DNA of 32,000 nt from Methanopyrus kandleri AV19 (GTDB lineage Archaea; JAADCQ01; Methanopyri; Methanopyrales; Methanopyraceae). The position numbers and the translations under genes are program-made. The stretch covers positions 930,001 through 962,000 of the forward strand of contig NC_003551.1 in the NCBI RefSeq assembly GCF_000007185.1. The letters are read 5' to 3'. Positions within the stretch are counted from its first letter, which is position 1, and each line of letters begins with the position of its first letter. Below the pieces are notes generated by a model. The model had not been told where the DNA came from and did not search any database. It saw only the letters and a list, made by a program, of their open reading frames with translations. Below, piece by piece: positions 31,247 to 32,000 of the stretch.

Positions 31247-32000
31247 ATGCCGATCGAGATCGATATGGACTCGTGTTTGCTGTGCGAAGCGTGCGTCGCA
31301 GCGTGTCCCACGGGTGCTATCCGCCGCGAAGATGGGGACATGAACCACTGTATCGTCTGCGGCGCCTGCGTGAAGGCCTGTCCCGTCGACGCCCTGGAGC
31401 TCGAGGACCTCGAGCGTGAAGTGGACGGAGAGAAAGTGGAACTCAAAAGGATAGCTTGGAAGCCCGAGGAGTGCCACAAGGAGGATCCACCTCAGTGCGG
31501 TGAGGTGTGCCCGCAGGAGATCATGCGGATTGAAGACGGCTATCCGGAGCTCCGCGGATTCTGCGTCATGTGCCTCAAGTGCATGGAAACGTGTCCTATC
31601 GACGCAATCGGCATGAAGGGTGTCGTCGAGCCCAAGTCCGAGCCCCCAGAGCATCCCGAGGATGAGGATGTCTATGTACACCCCGAACGGTGTGTCGGGT
31701 GCACATACTGCCTCCAGGTATGTCCGACCGACGCCATCGAAATGGTGCCGACAGATGCCGAGTTCTTCAAGGCCGAGGAGAACGAGTGGTCGCCCGTTTA
31801 CGTGGACCCGGACACGATGGAGCTGAAGCAGGGCCGGAAGGTCGCCAAGATCGACCCGGAGAAGTGCACTGGATGTACACTGTGCGCCCAGGTGTGTCCG
31901 TGGGGAGCCATTACGGCAGCGCGTGACGTACCGGTTCAGTCCCGCGAAGTCAAGAACGAGATCGACGAGGACAAGTGTGTCGGATGCGGAGTCTGTGCCG
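31247..32000 (+). CDS. Polyferredoxin (at least six or seven [4Fe-4S] ferredoxin-type motifs), 3' end beyond the window
   Basis: Not in the ORF track (open at the right edge). From ATG 31247 it reads MPIEIDMDSCLLCEACVAACP...CIVCGACVKACP...CVMCLKCMETCP...CVGCTYCLQVCP...CTGCTLCAQVCP...CVGCGVCA. There is also one atypical C-x7-C-x3-CP motif. Confidence 0.85.
   Translation, partial: MPIEIDMDSCLLCEACVAACPTGAIRREDGDMNHCIVCGACVKACPVDALELEDLEREVDGEKVELKRIAWKPEECHKEDPPQCGEVCPQEIMRIEDGYPELRGFCVMCLKCMETCPIDAIGMKGVVEPKSEPPEHPEDEDVYVHPERCVGCTYCLQVCPTDAIEMVPTDAEFFKAEENEWSPVYVDPDTMELKQGRKVAKIDPEKCTGCTLCAQVCPWGAITAARDVPVQSREVKNEIDEDKCVGCGVCA

Noticed and set aside
31115-31681. Minus-strand 188-aa ORF
   Set aside because: It is antisense to a plus-strand reading frame with six or more perfect CxxCxxCxxxCP ferredoxin motifs. 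The plus frame is the real gene.

Overview
This is a gene-dense, GC-rich archaeal chromosomal segment. The gene content includes F420 CofE, archaeal threonine synthase, class I LysRS, mevalonate kinase, ATP-dependent DNA ligase, Rio2 kinase, uS19, a MurD-like ligase, a polyferredoxin and a tRNA gene with C at position 8. GGAGGTGAT-type Shine-Dalgarno sites are also present. Together these point to a hyperthermophilic, pseudomurein-walled methanogen, most likely Methanopyrus kandleri or a close relative (inference only; no search was run). I call about 36 protein genes and one tRNA-Arg(UCG). I also call one SRP (7S) RNA gene that the ORF track hides under phantom Pro/Gly/Arg ORFs. No CRISPR array, transposon or prophage was seen. 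Main second-look items: (1) Five genes have conserved or functionally required N-terminal or downstream parts that are out of frame or lack a canonical start, mostly at short G runs. Sequencing indels are the most likely cause; near-cognate starts or frameshifting are alternatives. (2) A relatively A/T-rich locus encodes a large frameshifted surface protein with three diverged 95-aa tandem repeats. (3) A gene string links a MurD-like ligase to a membrane-anchored transglutaminase-fold protein, a candidate pseudomurein cross-linking or remodelling enzyme. (4) An S2P protease, radical SAM/SPASM enzyme and coiled-coil protein form an apparent operon. (5) Two radical SAM genes lie between lysS and a displaced uS19 gene. 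(6) The DNA ligase carries a eukaryote-Lig1-like N-terminal extension. All functional calls come from reading motifs by eye and none is database-verified.
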